Positions 10,320 through 24,500 of a stretch of DNA of 64,000 nt are shown piece by piece. The notes under the pieces were generated by a model. The model saw only the letters and a program-made list of their open reading frames with translations, did no database searches and was not told where the DNA came from. The position numbers and the translations under genes were made by a program. The DNA is from Narcine bancroftii. Taxonomy: Eukaryota. The stretch is from contig NC_091470.1 in NCBI RefSeq assembly GCF_036971445.1, positions 192,758,001-192,822,000 on the forward strand, given 5' to 3'. Numbering within the stretch: the first letter of the stretch is position 1; every line of letters starts with the position of its first letter.

Positions 10320-12486
10320 ACGCATGTTCTCAACTAAAGTTTAATTTAGCAAAGTTTCATTTAGTAAATATTGAAATAAAGAGACTGGTGTCAAAGACAA
10401 GTGAACAATGTAAGGAGCCGTGACTTGTCACAGACAGAACACCTCGGCTCCATATCTCGAGTGCACGCGGACAAGGAGCCGTTTCCCAAACACTCTGGGG
10501 TGTGCATGAGATCTAATGGACACCATCCGACTGTCTCACATCACCTGACGAAGTGGGGGTGGTGGGGCAGAGAGTGGTGAGTAACCCTCCCCTCCAGGCC
10601 ATCCCCGCATGCCCACCTACTCCCCCACCCTGCTCCAGTGGGCAGCCTCGGAGACGGACGGAACGAGAGCGGAGAGACGGGGGGGGGGGGTGTCAAGCAC
10701 AGACTTGCTGGAGGGACTCAGTGGCTCAGGCAGCACCCATAAGGGCAGGACCCTTCATCTAGAGTCCCAGCCATTCTCAACCAGGGGGGTGGTTTTCACC
10801 TTGCGTAACAAATATTTTTTACATAGTCGGTGGAAGAAACTGCTTCATGGGAAAGGGGTCGATAGACCTTTAGCAGGGGCTGAAGACGAAGGGGTTGAGA
10901 GTGTCTGAGAGAAATGCGGGTGGTACATACAAGGGGAAAGAGGCCCAGCCATAATCATTATAGACAGAAGGTGGAGGGACCATCGGGATGGGGGAAATTA
11001 CAGAGAGGAGGATAACGAGGAAATCGCAGCAAGATGGTGGAAGGTTTAAGCAGCTGTGGGGTGCTGCCCCTCACGGTTGCATTCATTCTCACCATGAAAG
11101 AAGATGAGGGCGTGGGCAGACATGTCACCGGAGGAATGGGAGGAGAGATGGAATGAATGAGGTTGCACTCTCCTCCCCACCTTGCTCCTCTTCCCGAGCT
11201 TCGTACTCCAGCTGCGTGTCCGTGAACCGGTACTGAGCCCTCGGGTGTCAGCGAGAGAACTGCCATGTGGGGGAAGCAGCAACAGTGGGAAAGAGAGTGT
11301 ATCCCATTCATCCCGGCCCCGGAAAAAGTGTGGTGGGGGGGGGGGAGAGGAGAGTTGGGAGGGAGGGAGAGTGACAGGAGGGATGGAGTCATTAAGAAGG
11401 GGTAGGAGAAAGGGAGTGGGGACAGGAGAGAGAGATGGGGACAGGAGGGAGGGGAGAAAGGAGGGAGGGAGAGGGGGTGGAAGCAGTGGAGAAGGTAGGG
11501 AAGGTGGGGGAGAGAAGAGGAAGAGGGTGAGGAGGAGAAGGGAGAGGTGGGAGGAAGAGAGAGGGCAGAGATAAGGGTGGGAAGGAGGTGTAGAAAAGGA
11601 GGGAATGAAAGGAAGGAAGGAGTGGGAGGGAGGGGGAGAGAAAGGGGATAGAGAGTGGGGATGGGGGTGAAGATGGAGTGGGGCTGAGGAGGGGTGGGGG
11701 AGGAGTGAAGAGATAAGGGGAGAGGAAGGGGAGAACAGGAGGGAGGAAGGAGGGATAGGAGAGGGGAGAAAGGTGAGGGAAGTTCACTCTCCCCCATCTT
11801 CGCCTGATTGGCTGAGCATTAACATCCATTCCCCTCACCTGGAGCATCACTCACAGCCCCACCACTAGCAGGGGGCAGGGGGCAAGTGGCAGGGATTGTG
11901 GGTCAGGGGCCGGGTCACTGTCCTGCATCAGTAGCTGGACAGTGGAACCCCTCAACATGCCCATGACATGAGAACCCTTCCCTCAACTTCTTGACACACC
12001 CATGACCCAGTGACATCTGAACACCCCCATGATCCTGGGACCCCTCAATGCCCCCACGACTCTGGCACCCCTCGATACCCCCGTGACCCTGGGACCCTTC
12101 AATACCCCCTTGACCCGACACCCTCCAAAACCCTAGGTCCCCTCGAAACCCCTATGTCCCCGAGACCTGTGGGCACAGACCCCTTAACAAAACCCAGGAC
12201 CCCAGTGGGCCTGGAATTGCACTGCTCCAGACTCCTGCAGAACATGTGGAGCCAGCTCCTGCATCCCGGACCCCTGCGGCCCACCTCTGAAGTGCTGGAC
12301 CCCCGCAGAGACGGCCCTTGCATCACGGACCCCAGTGGAGCTGGCCCCCCCCCCCCCCATCCTTTGCTAGTGCATTTCTCACTCAGCTGGAACAGATGAG
12401 GTCAGTGGATGGAGGCGGTGAGGTCACCCCAGGATGTCAACAACCCCAGTGACTCCCCACACACAGGTAGTGCCGGCAGCCAACAC
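10320..12486 (-). other. CAMTA2: Putative CAMTA2 3' UTR, candidate poly(A) signal ATTAAA at 10345-10340
   Basis: Non-TE sequence after the stop that ends in an AT-rich patch with tttaat on plus, just before the CR1 3' end; the end point is inferred. Confidence 0.45.
11330..12200. repeat. Polypurine low-complexity tract (11330-11780) and ~27-bp degenerate repeat (11950-12200) in the putative 3' UTR
   Basis: GA-rich run, followed by cccatgaccctgggacccctcaat-like units. Confidence 0.8.
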
Positions 12487-12550
12487 TTATGTTGTCAGCC
12501 CATGGATTGGGACCCCCTCCAGTTCCTGCGCCTGTCGCAGTTCCTTCATC
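12487..12550 (-). CDS. CAMTA2: CAMTA2 terminal coding exon MKELRQAQELEGVPIHGLTT*
   Basis: tcttatctcttacag acceptor, phase 2 entry, TAA at 12489-12487; resembles the mammalian CAMTA2 end MRELKQNQELEGLPQPGLAT*. Confidence 0.92.
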
Positions 12551-15500
12551 CTGTAAGAGATAAGACAACACGAATGGACAGCGTCAATGTGTTTGGAACA
12601 CGTCCCCCAGTGAGGGTCAGTTCGTGGGACCCATCCCCAGTGAGGGTCAGCGTGTGGGACCCTTCCACTGAGGGTTAGCGTGCGAGACCTGTCCCCCGAG
12701 GGTTAGCGCGTGGGACCCGTTCCCCCAGTGAGAGTCAGTGTGTGTGGTACCTGACAATCTGAGGGTTAGCGTGGGGGTCCCGCCCCCAGGAGGGTGTGTG
12801 GAACCAATCCTCCAGAGGGTTAGAGTGTGGGACCCGTTCCCCAGTGAGGGTCAGTGTGTTTGAGACTTGACCCCTCGAGGGTTTGCGTGTGGGACCCAAC
12901 CCCTGAGGGTTAGCGTGTGGTACCCACCCGAGTGAGGATCAGTGTGTGTGTGCGACCCATCCCCCAGTGAGGGTCAGTATGTGTGCGGCCTGACCCCCCG
13001 AGAGTTAGCGTGTGGGATCCGACCACCCGAGTGTTAGCGTGTGGCTCCGATTACCCACAGGAGACCAGCCCCCGCGAGGGTTAGTGTGTGGGACCCGTCC
13101 CCAGTGAGGGTCAGTATGTGCGGGACCTGACCCCCCAAGGGTTAGTGTGTGGGACCCATTCCCCCCAGGAGACCAGTCACCCCGAGGGTTAGTGTGTGGG
13201 ACCCGTCCCCCAGTGAGAGTCAGTGTGTGTGGGACCTGTCCCCCAGTGAGGTTCAGTATGTGCGGGACCTGACCCCCCCCGAGGGTTAGTGTGTGGGACC
13301 CGTTCCCCCGAGGAGACCCATGCCCTCGAGGGTTAGTGCTTGGGACCTGTCCCCAGTGAAGATCAGCATGTGGGACCTGTCCCCCAGTAAGGTTCAGCGT
13401 GTGGGACCCGTACCCTGAGATTTAGCCCAAGGGTTAGCGTGTGGGATCCACCCGCCCGAGGGTTAGCGTGTGGCACCCATTACCCCCAGGAGACAGGCCC
13501 CCTGAGAGTTAGTGTGGAACCCGTCCCCCAGTGAGAATAAGTGTGTGTGGGACCTGTCCTCCTGTGAGGGTCAGTATGTGCGGGACCTGACCCCCCGAGG
13601 GTTAGTGTGTGGGACCCATTCCCCCGAGGAGACCCGTCCCCCCGAGGGTTAGTGCTTGGGACACGTCCCCCAGAGAGAGTCAACATGTGGGACCCGTCCC
13701 CCAGTGAGTCAGTGTGTGTGGGACCTATCCCCCAGTGAGGGTCAGTATGTGTGGGACCCGTACCCACGAGGGTTAGCGTGTGGGACCCATCCCCACCGAG
13801 GATTAGCGTGTGGGAGCCATTCGCACGAGGGTTTGCTTGTGGGATCTGTCCCCCCAAGGGTTCATGTGTTGGATCAGACCCCCCCGAGGGTTAGTGTGTG
13901 GGACCCGTTCCCCCGAGGAGACACGTCCCCCCGAGGGTTAGTGCTTGGGACACGTCCCCCAGAGAGAGTCAGCATGTGGGACCCGTCCCCCAGTGAGTCA
14001 GTGTGTGTGGGACCTATCCCCCAGTGAGGGTCAGTATGTGTGGGATCTGTCCCCCCCAAGGGTTCGTGTGTGGGACCTGTCCCCCCGAGGGTTAATGTGT
14101 GGGAACTGTTTCCCCAGTGAAGGTCAGCATGTGAGGGACCTGACCTCCTGAGGGTTAGCGTGTGGGGCCCTCCCCCGAGGGTTAGTGTGTGGGACCTGTT
14201 CCACAGTGAGGGTCAGCATGTGGAACTCGTCCCCTAGTGAGGGTCAGCGTGTGGGACTCGTACCCCGAGATTTAGCGTGTAGGACCCATCCCCTCAGAGG
14301 GTTAGTGTGTGGGACCTGTCCCCCAGTGATGGTCAGTATGTGTGGGACCCATCCCCCACGAGGGTTAGCGTGTAGGCCCCCCCCCCCGAGGGTTTGTGTG
14401 TGGGACCCATCCTCCCGAGTGTTAGTGTGGGATCCGTCCCCCAGTGAGGGTCAGCGGGTGGGACCCATCCCCACGAGTTTTAGTGGTTGGGACCCATCCC
14501 CCAGTGAGGGTCAGCGTGTTTTGGAATTGACCCCCCGAGAGATTGCGTGTGGGGACCCGCCCACCCAAGAGTTAGTGTGTGGGACCTGCCCCAAATGAGG
14601 GTCATTGTGTGTGGGACCCATCCCCCAGTGAGGGTCAGCGTGTGGGACCCATACCCCGAGATTAAGTGTGTGGGACCCATACACCCCGAGGATTAGCGTG
14701 TGGGACCCGTAACCAGTGAGATTCAGTGTGTGTGGGACCTGACCCTCTGAGGGTTAGCGTGAGGGACCCGTCCCCACGAGGGTGTGTGGGACCCATACTC
14801 CCGAGGGTTAGAGTGTGGGACCCGTTCCCCAGTGATGGTCAGTGTGTTTGAGACTTGACCCCCGAGGGTTTGCGTTTGGGACCCACCCCCCTGAGGGTTA
14901 GTGTATGGGACCCGACCCCAGTGAGGGTCAGTGTGTGTGTGCCAACTAAACGCCCCGAGAGTTAGCATGTGGGATCCGCCCCCCCAAGTGTTAGTGTATG
15001 GGACCCGTTCCCCCGAGGAGACCAGCCCCCCCAAGGTTTAGTGTGAGGGACCCGTCCCTCAGTGAGTCAGTGTGTGTGGGACCTATCCCCCAGTGAGGGT
15101 CAGTATGTGTGGGACCCGTACCCCCGAGGGTTAGCGTGTGGGACCCATCCCCTCCGAGGATTAGCGTGTGGGAGCCATTCGCACGAGGGTTAGCTTGTGG
15201 GATCTGTCCCCCCAAGGGTTCGTGTGTGGGACCTGACCCCCCGAGGGTTAGTGTGTGGGACCCGTTCCCCCGAGGAGACCCGTCCCCCCCGAGGGTTAGT
15301 GCTTGGGACACGTCCCCCAGAGTAGTCAGCATGTGGGACCTGTCCCCCAGTGAGTCAGTGTGTGTGGGACCTATCCCCCAGTGAGGGTCAGTATGTGTGG
15401 GATCTGTCCCCCCAAGGGTTCGTGTGTGGGACCTGTCCCCCCGAGGGTTAATGTGTGGGAACTGTCCCCCAGTGAAGGTCAGCATGTGAGGGACCTGACC

Positions 15501-18500
15501 TCCCGAGGGTTAGTGTGTGGGGCCCTCCCCCGAGGGTTAGTGTGTGGGACCTGTTCCACAGTGAGGGTCAGCATGTGGAACCCGTCCCCTAGTGAGGGTC
15601 AGCGTGTGGGACTCGTACCCCGAGATTTAGCGTGTGTAACCCATCCCCTCCGAGGGTTAGCGTGTGGGACCCGTCCCCCAGTGAGAGACAGTGTGTATGG
15701 GACATTACTCTCTGAGGGTTAGCATGGGGGACCCACCCACCACCGAGTGTTAGTGTGGGATCCGTCCCCCAGTAAGGGTCAGCGGGTGGGACCCATCCCC
15801 CCGAGGTTTAGTGGTTGGGACCCATCCCCCAGTGAGGGTCAGCGTGTTTTGGACTTGACCCCCCGAGAGATTGCGTGTGGGACCCACCCACCCAAGGGTT
15901 AGTGTGTGGGACCTGCCCCCAATGAGGGTCATTGTGTGTGGGACCCATCCCCCAGTGAGGGTCAGCGTGTGGGACCCATACCCCGAGATTAAGTGTGTGG
16001 GACCCATACACCCCGAGGATTAGTGTGTGGGATCCGTAACCAGTGAGATTCAGTGTGTGTGGGACCTGACCCTCTGAGGGTTAGCGTGAGGGACCCGTCC
16101 CCACGAGGGAGTGTGGGACCCATACTCCCGAGGGTTAGAGTGTGGGACCCGTTCCCCAGTGATGGTCAGTGTGTTTGAGACTTGACCCCCGAGGGTTTGC
16201 GTTTGGGACCCACCCCCCTGAGGGTTAGTGTGTGGGACCCGACCCCAGTGAGGGTCAGTGTGTGTGTGCGACCTAAACCCCCCGAGAGTTAGCATGTGGG
16301 ATCCGCGCCCCCGAGTCTTAGTGTGTGGGACCCGTTCCCCCGAGGAGACCAGCCCCCCCAAGGTTTAGTGTGAGGGACCCGTCCCCAGTGAGAGTCAGTG
16401 TGTGTGGGACCAGTCCCCCAGTGAGGGTCAGTATGTGCGGGACCTGACCCCCCGAGAGTTAGCATGTGGGATCCGCCCCCCCGTGTGTTAGCGTGTGGCA
16501 CCCATTACCCCCAGGAGACCAGCCCCACCGAGGGTTAGTTTGTGGGTCCCGTCCCCAGTGAGAGTTAATGTGTGTGGGACCTGTCCCCCAGTGAGGGTCA
16601 GTATGTGCGGGACCTGACCCCTTGAGGGTTAGTGTGTGGGACCCGCCCCCAGGTGAGGGTCAGTGTGTATGGGACCCGTCCTCAAGTGAAGGTCAGTGTG
16701 TGTGGGACCCGTTCCCCAGTGAGGGTCAGAATGTGTGGGACCTGACCCCCCCCCGAGTGTTAGCGTGTGGGATCCGCCTGTCCGAGGGTTAGTGTGTGGC
16801 ACCCATTACCCCCAGGTGACCAGCCTCCGAGAGTTAGTGTGTGGGACCCGTCCCCCAGTGAGAGTCAGTGTGTGTGGGACCTGTCCTCCTTTGAGGGTCA
16901 GTATGTGCAGGACCTGACCCCCCGAGGATTAGTGTGTGGGACCCGTTCCCCCGAGGAGACCCGTCCCCCCGAGGGTTAGCGTGTGGGTCCCATTCCCTCC
17001 GAGGATTAGCGTGTGGGAGCCATTCCCATGAGGGTTAGCATGTGGCACCTGTCCCCCTGAGGGTTAGTGTGTGGGACCTGTCCCCCTAAGGGTCAATGTG
17101 TGGGAACTGTTCCCCAGTGAAGGTCAGCATGTGTGGGACTTTACCTCCCGAGGGTTAGCGTATGGGGCCTTCCCCCGAGGGTTAGTGTGCGTGACCCGTT
17201 CCACAGTGAGGGCCAGCATGTGGAACTCGTCCCCCAGTGAGGGTCAGCGTGTGGGACCCATACCCCGAGATTTAGCGTGTGGGACCCATCCCCTCCGAGG
17301 GTTAGCGTGTGGGACCCGTCCCCCAGTGAGAGACAGTGTGTATGGGACATTACCCTCTGAGGGTTAGCGTGGGGGACCCACCACACTCGAGGGTTAGTGT
17401 GTGGGACCTGTCCCCTAGTGATGGTCAGTATGTGTGGGACCTGACCCCACGAGGGTTAGTGTGTAGGCCCCCCCCCCCGAGAGTTAGTGTGTGGGACCCA
17501 TCCTCCCGAGTGTTAGTGTGGGATCTGTCCCCCAATGAGTGTCAGCGTGTGGGACCCATACCCTGAGATTTAGCATGTGGGACCCATCCACCCCGATGGT
17601 TAGCGTGTGGGACTCGTCCCCCAGTGAGATTCAGTGTGTGTGGGACATTACCCTCTGAGAGTTAGTGTTTGGGACCCATCTCCCAGTGAGAGTCAGTGTG
17701 TGTGGGACCTGACCCTCTGAGAGTTGGTGTGGGAAACGCCCCCCACCCCCCGAGGGTTAGTTTGTGGGTCCCATCCCCCGAGGGTTAGTGTGTGGGACCC
17801 GTTCCCCAGTGAGGGTCAGTGAGTTTGGGACGATCCCCCGAGGGTTTGCGTGTGGGACCCGCCCCCCCCAAGGGTTAGTGTGTGGGACCCGCCCCCAATG
17901 AGGGTCAGTATATGTGGGAAGTGACGCCCCAAGGGTTAGCGTGTGGGACCCATTCCCCCCAGGAGACCAGTCACCCCGAGGGTTAGTGTGTGGGACCTGT
18001 CCCCCAGTGAGAGTCAGTGTGTGTGGACCTGTCCCCCAGTGAGGTTCAGTATGTGCGGGACCTGACCCCCCGAGGGTTAGTGTGTGGGACCCGTTCCCCC
18101 GAGGAGAACCATGCCCTCGAGGGTTAGTGCTTGGGACCTGTCCCCAGTGAAGGTCAGCATGTGGGACTGTCCCTCAGTAAGGTTGAGCGTGTGGGACCCG
18201 TACCCTGAGATTTAGCCCGAGGGTTAGCGTGTGGGACTCATCCCTCCGAGGGTTAGCGTGTGGGACTCATCCCCTCCGAGGATTAGCGTGTGGGAGCCAT
18301 TCGCACGAGGGTTATCTTGTGGGATCTGTCCCCCAAAGGGTTAGTGTGTGGGACCTGTCCCCCCAAGGGTTAATGTGTGGGAACTGTCCCCCAGTGAGGT
18401 CAGCATGTGAGGGACCTGACCTCCCGGGAGTTAGCGTATGGGGCCCTCCCCCGAGGGTTAGTGTGTGGGACCTGTTCCACAGTGATGGTCAGCATGTGGG

Positions 18501-21500
18501 ACTCGTTACCCGAGATTTAGCGTGTGGGACCCATCCCCTCTTGAGGTTAGCGTGTGAGACCCCGTCCCGCAGTGAGAGACAGTGTGTATGGGACATTACC
18601 CTCTGAGGGTTAGCGTGGGGACCCACCCACCCCCGAAAGTTAGTTTGTGGGACCTGCCCTCCAGTGAGGGTGAGTATATGTGGGATCAGACCCCCCGAGG
18701 GTTAGTGTGTGGGACCCGTCCCCCAGTGAGAGTCTGTGTGTGTTTGTGGGACGTGTCCCCCAGTGAGGGTCGGTATGTGCGGGACCTGACCCCCCGAGGG
18801 TTAGTGCTTGGGACCCATTCCCCAGTGAGGGTCAGTGTGTTTGGGACTTGTCGCCCCGAGGGTTTGCGTGTGGGTCCCACCCCCCTGAGGTTTAGTGTGT
18901 GGGACCCGCCCCCCAGTGAGGGTCAGTGTGTGTGGGACCCATCCCCCAGTGAGGGTCAGTAAGTGTGGGATTTGACCCCCCCGAGGGTTAGTGTGGGATC
19001 CGCCCTCCTGAGCATTAGCATGTGGCACCTATTACCCCCAGTAGACCACCCCCCCCCACCCCGAGGGTTAGTGTGTGGGACCCAACCCCCAGAGAGAGTC
19101 ATTGTGTGTGGGACCTGTCCCCCAGTGAGGGTCAGTATGTGCGGGACCTGACCCCCCGAGGGTTAAGTGTGGGACCGGTTTCCCTGAGTAGATTCGTCCT
19201 CCCGAGAGTTCTGCTTGGGACCCGTCCCCCAGTGAGTGTCAGCCTGTGGGACCTGACCCCATTGAGGGTCAGTTTCTGCGGGACCTGACCCCTTGAGAAT
19301 CAGTGTGTGGGTCACGTCCCCCCGAGGTTTAGTGCTTGGGACCCATCCCCCAGTGAGGGTCAGCATGAGCGACCCGTACCCCAAGAATTAGGGTGTGGGA
19401 CCCATCCACCCCAATGTTTAGCGTGTGCGAGCCATCCCCCCGAGGGTTAGGATGTGGGACCCGTCCCTCGACATTTAGTATGTGGGACCCATCCATCCTG
19501 AGGATTAGCGTGTGGGAACCATTCCCCAGTGAGTGTCAGTGAGTTTTGGACTTGACCCCTCCGAGGGTTTGCATGTGGGACCTGCCCCCCCAAGGATTAG
19601 TGTGTGGGACCTGCCCCCCCAGTGAGGGTCAGTATATGTGGGACCCATCCCCCCGAGGGTTAGTTCTTGGGACCCGTGCCCCAATGAGGGTCAGTGTGTG
19701 TGGGACCCGTCCCCCAGTGAGTGTCAGTATGTGCGGGACCTGACGCCCCGAGGGTTAGTGTGTGGGTCCCGCCCCCCCGATGGTTAGCATGTGGGACCCA
19801 TTCCCCCCAGGAGACCAGTCCCCCCGAGGGTCAGTGTGTGGGACCCGTCCCGCAGTGAGGGTCAGTAAGTGCGGGACCTGACCCGCCGAGGGTTAGTGTG
19901 TGGGACCTGTTCCCCCGAGGACACCCGTCCCCTCGATGGTTAGTGCTTGGGACCTGTCCCCCAGTGAAGGTCAGCATGTGAGACCCGTTCCCCAAAGAGG
20001 GTCAGTGTGTGGGACCCGTACCCTGAGATTTATCGTGTGGGACCCATCCCCCCAAGGGTTAGTACTTGGGACCCGTTCCCCAGTGAGGGTCAGCGTGTGG
20101 GACCTGTCACGAGGGTTAGCACGTGGGACTCGTCCCCCAAGAGTTAGCGTGTGGGACCCATCCACCCCGAGTGTTATCGTGTGGGACCTGTTCCCCGAGG
20201 GTTTGTGTGTGGGACCCGTCTCCCAGTGAGAGTCAGTGTGTTTGGGACATGACCCTCCAAGGGTTAGCGTGGGGGACCAGCTCCCCCCACCGATGGTTAG
20301 TGTGTGGACCCCATCCCCCCGAGGGTTAGTGCTTGGGACCCGTTCCCCAGTGAGGGTCAGTGTATTTGTGACTTGACCCCCCGAGGGTTAGTGTGTGGGA
20401 CCCGTTCCCCCGAGGAGACCCGTCCCCCTGAGGGTTAGTTCTTGGGACCTGTTCCCCGGTGAGGGTCAGTGTGTTTGGGACTTGACCCCCCGAGGGTTAG
20501 TGTGTGGGATCCGCCCCCCCGAGGGTTAGCGTGTGGCACCCATTACACCCCAGGAGACCAGCCCCCTCCAGGGTTAGTGTGTGGGACCCGTCCCCCAGTG
20601 AGAGTCAGTGTGTGTGGGACCTGTCTGCCAATGAGGGTCAGTATGTGCGGGACCTGACACCCCGAGGGTTAGTGTGTGGGACCCGTTCCCCCGAGGAGAC
20701 CCATCCCCCCCAAGGGTTTGTGTGTGGAACCCGTCCCCCAGTGAGAGATAGTGTGTGTGGAACCTGACTATCTAAGTGTTAGCGTGGGGGACCCGCCCTC
20801 CCGGTGGTTAGTTTGTGGGCCCCATCGTCCCGAGGGTTAGCATTTGGGACTCGTTCCCCAGTGAGGGTCAGTGTGTTTGGGACTTGACCCCTCGAGTGTT
20901 TGCATGTGGGACCCACCCCACCAAGGGTTAGTGTGTGGGATCTTCCCCCCAGGGAGGGTCAGTAAATGTGGGACCCATCTACCCCGAGGATTAGTGTGTG
21001 GGACCCGCCCTCTAGTGAGGGTCAGTGAATTTGGGACCCTTCCCCCAGTGAGGGTCAGAATGAGTGGGACCTGACCCCCCGAGGGTTAGCGTGTGGCACC
21101 CATTACCCCCAGGAGATCAGCCCCTCCAGAGTTAGTGTGTGGGACCCGTCCCCCAGTGAGAGTCAGTATGTGCGGGACCTGACCCCCCGAGGGTTAGGTG
21201 TGGGACCCGTTCCCACGAGGAGACCCGTCCCCCCGAGGGCTAGTGATTGGGACCCGTCCCCCAGTGAGGGTCAGCATGAGGGACCCGTCCCCCAGTGAGA
21301 GTCAGTGTGTGTGGGACCTATCCCCCAGTGAGTGTCAGTATGTGCGGGACCTGACGCCCCGAGGGTTAGTGTGTGGGTCCCGCCCCCCCGATGGTTAGCG
21401 TGTGGGACCCATTCCCCCCAGGAGACCAGTCCCCCCGAGGGTTAGTGTGTGGGACCCGTTCCACCGATGGTTAGTGGTTGGGACCCGTCCCCCAGTGAGG

Positions 21501-24500
21501 GTCAACGTGTGGGACCCGTCCCGCAGTGAGGGTCAGCATGAGGGACCCATCCCCTCGAGGGTTAGTGTGTGGGACCCGTCCCCCAGTGAGAGTCAGTGTG
21601 TGTGGGACCTGTCCCCCAGTGAGGGTCAGTATGTGCGGGACCTGACCCCCCGAGGGTTAGTGTGTGGGACCCGTTCCCCCGAGGAGACCCGTCCCCTCGA
21701 GGGTTAGTGCTTGGGACCTGTCACCCAGTGAAGGTCAGCATGTGGGACCCGTCCCCCAATGAGGGTCAGCGTGTGGGACCCATACCCTGATATTTAGCGT
21801 GTGAGACCCATCCACCCTGAGGGTTAGCGTGTGGGACACATCACCAGCGTGTGGGACCTGCCCCCCTGAGGGTTGGTGCATGGGACCCGCCCCCAGTGAG
21901 GAGCAGTGTGTGGGTCCCGTCCCCCAATGAGTGTCACCGTGTGGGATCCGTCACAAGGGTTAGCATGTGGGACTCGTCCTCCGAGAGTTGGCGTTTGGGA
22001 CGCATCCACCCCGCGGGTTATCGTGTGGGACCCGTTCCCCCGAGGAGACCCGTCTCCCCTAGGGTTTGTGTGTGGAACCCGTCCCCCAGTGAGAGATAGT
22101 GTGTGTGGGACCTGACTATCTGAGGGTTAGCGTGGGGGACCCGCCCCCCCGATGGTTAGTTTGTGGGCCCCATCGCCCCGAGGGTTAGCGTGTAGGACTC
22201 GTTCCCCAGTGAGGGTCAGTGTGTTTGGGACTTGACCCCTCGAGTGTTTGCATGTGGGACCCACCCCACCAAGGATTAGTGTGTGGGACCTGCCCCCCAG
22301 GGAGGGTCAGTAAATGTGGGACCCATCCACCCCGAGGATTAGTGTGTGGGAACCACCCTCTAGTGAGGGTCAGTGAATTTGGGAACCTTCCCCCAGTGAG
22401 GGTCAGAATGTGTGGGACCTGACCCCCCGAGGGTTAGTGTGTGGAATCTGCACCCCCGAGTGTTAGCGTGTGGCACCCATTACCGCCAGGAGACCAGCCC
22501 CCTCCAGGGTTAGTGTGTGGGACCCGTCCCCCATGATAGTCAGTGTGTGTGGGAGCTGACCCTCTGAGGGTTGGCGTGGGGGACCCGCCCCCTTCCCCCC
22601 CACCGAGGGTTAGTTTGTGGGTCCAATCCTCCCGAGGGTTAGTGTGTGGGACCCGTTACCCAGTGAGGGTCAGTATATTTGCGACCTGACCCCCCGAGGG
22701 TTAGCGTGTGGGACCTGCATCCCCGAGGGTTAGCGAGTGGGATCCATTCCCCCCAGGAGATCGGTCACTTGAGGGTCAGCGTGTGGGACCCGTCCCCCAG
22801 TGAGGGCCAGCGTGTGGGACCTGTACACTGAGATTTAGCATGTGAGACCCATCCACCCCGAGGGTTAGCGTGTGGGACCCGTTCCCCAGTGAGGGTCAGT
22901 ACATGTGGGGCCTGACCCCCCCCGAGGGTTAGCGTGTGGGACCCATTTCCCCCCAGGAGACCAGACCCCTGAGGGTTAGTGTGTGGGACCCGAACCCCAT
23001 TGAGAGTCAGTGTGTGTGGGACCTGTCCCCCAGTGAGGGTCAGCGTGTGGGACCCGTCACGAGTGTTAGCACGTGGGACTCGTCTCCCGAAAGTTAGCGT
23101 GTGGGACCCATCCACCCCGAGGGTTATCGTGTGGGACCTGTTCCCCGAATGAGGGTCAGCGTGTTTGGGACTTGACCCCCTGAGGGTTTGCGTGTGGGAC
23201 CCGCCCCCCACGAGGGTTAGCGTGTGGGACCCATTCCCCCCAGGAGACCAGTCCCCCCGAGTGTTATTGTGTGTGACCCGTCCCCCAGTGAGAGTCAGTG
23301 TGCATGGGACCTGACCCCCAGTGAGTGTCAGTAAGTGCGGGACTTGACCCCCCCCGAGGGTTAGCGTGTTGGACCCATCCCCTCTTAGGATTAGCGTGTG
23401 GTAGCCATTCGCACGAGGGTTTGCTTGTGGGATCTGTCTCCTCAAGGGTTAGTGTGTGGGACCTGTCCCCCCGAGGGTTAATGTGTGGGAACTGTCCCAC
23501 AGTGAAGGTCAGCATGTGAGGGACCTGACCTCCCGAGGGTTAGCGTGTGGGGCCCTCCCCCGAGGGTTAGTGTGTGGGACCTGTTCCACAGTGAGGGTCA
23601 GCATGTGGAACTCGTCCCCTAGTGAGGGTCAGCGTGTGGGACTCGTACCCCGAGATTTAGCGTGTGGGACCCATCCCCTCCGAGGGTTAGCGTGTGATAC
23701 CCATCCCCCAGTGAGAGACAGTGTGTATGGGACATTACCCTCTGAGGGTTAGCGTGGGGGACCCACCCACCCCCGAAGGTTAGTGTGTGGGACCTGTTCC
23801 CCAGTGATGATCAGTATGTGTGGGACCCATCCCCCACGAGGGTTAGCGTGTGGGACCCATCCTCCCGAGTGTTAGTGTGGGATCCGTCCCCCAGTGAGGG
23901 TCAGCGGGTGGGACACATCCCCCCGAGTTTAGTGGTTGGGACCCATCCCCCAGTGAGGGTCAGCGTGTTTGGGACTTGACCCCCCGAGAGTTTGCGTGTG
24001 TGACCCTCCCCCCAAAGAGTTAGTTGTGGGACCCGCCCCCAATGAGGGTCATTGTTTGTGGGACCCGTCCCCCAGTGAGGGTCAGTATATGTGGGACCTG
24101 ACCCCCCGAAGGTTAGCGTGTGCGACCCGTCCCCCAAGAGTTAGCGTTCCGGACCCATCCACCCCGAGGATTAGTGTGTGGGACCCGTTTCCCCGAGGAG
24201 ACCTGTCCCCCTGAGGGTTAGGATTGGGACCCGTACCTCGACATTTAGCATGTGGGACGCATCCATCCCGAGGATTAGCATGTGGGACCCATATCCCCGA
24301 GGAGACCCGTCTCCTGTGGGTTAGTGTGTGGGACCCGTCCCCCATGATAGTCAGTGTGTGTGGGAGCTGACCCTCTGAGGGTAGGCGTGGGGTCCCGCCC
24401 CCCCCCCCCCCCCACCGAGGGTTAGTTTGTGGGTCCCATCCTCCTGAGGGTTAGTGTGTGGGACCCGTTCCCCCGAGGAGACCCGTCCCCCTGAGGGTTA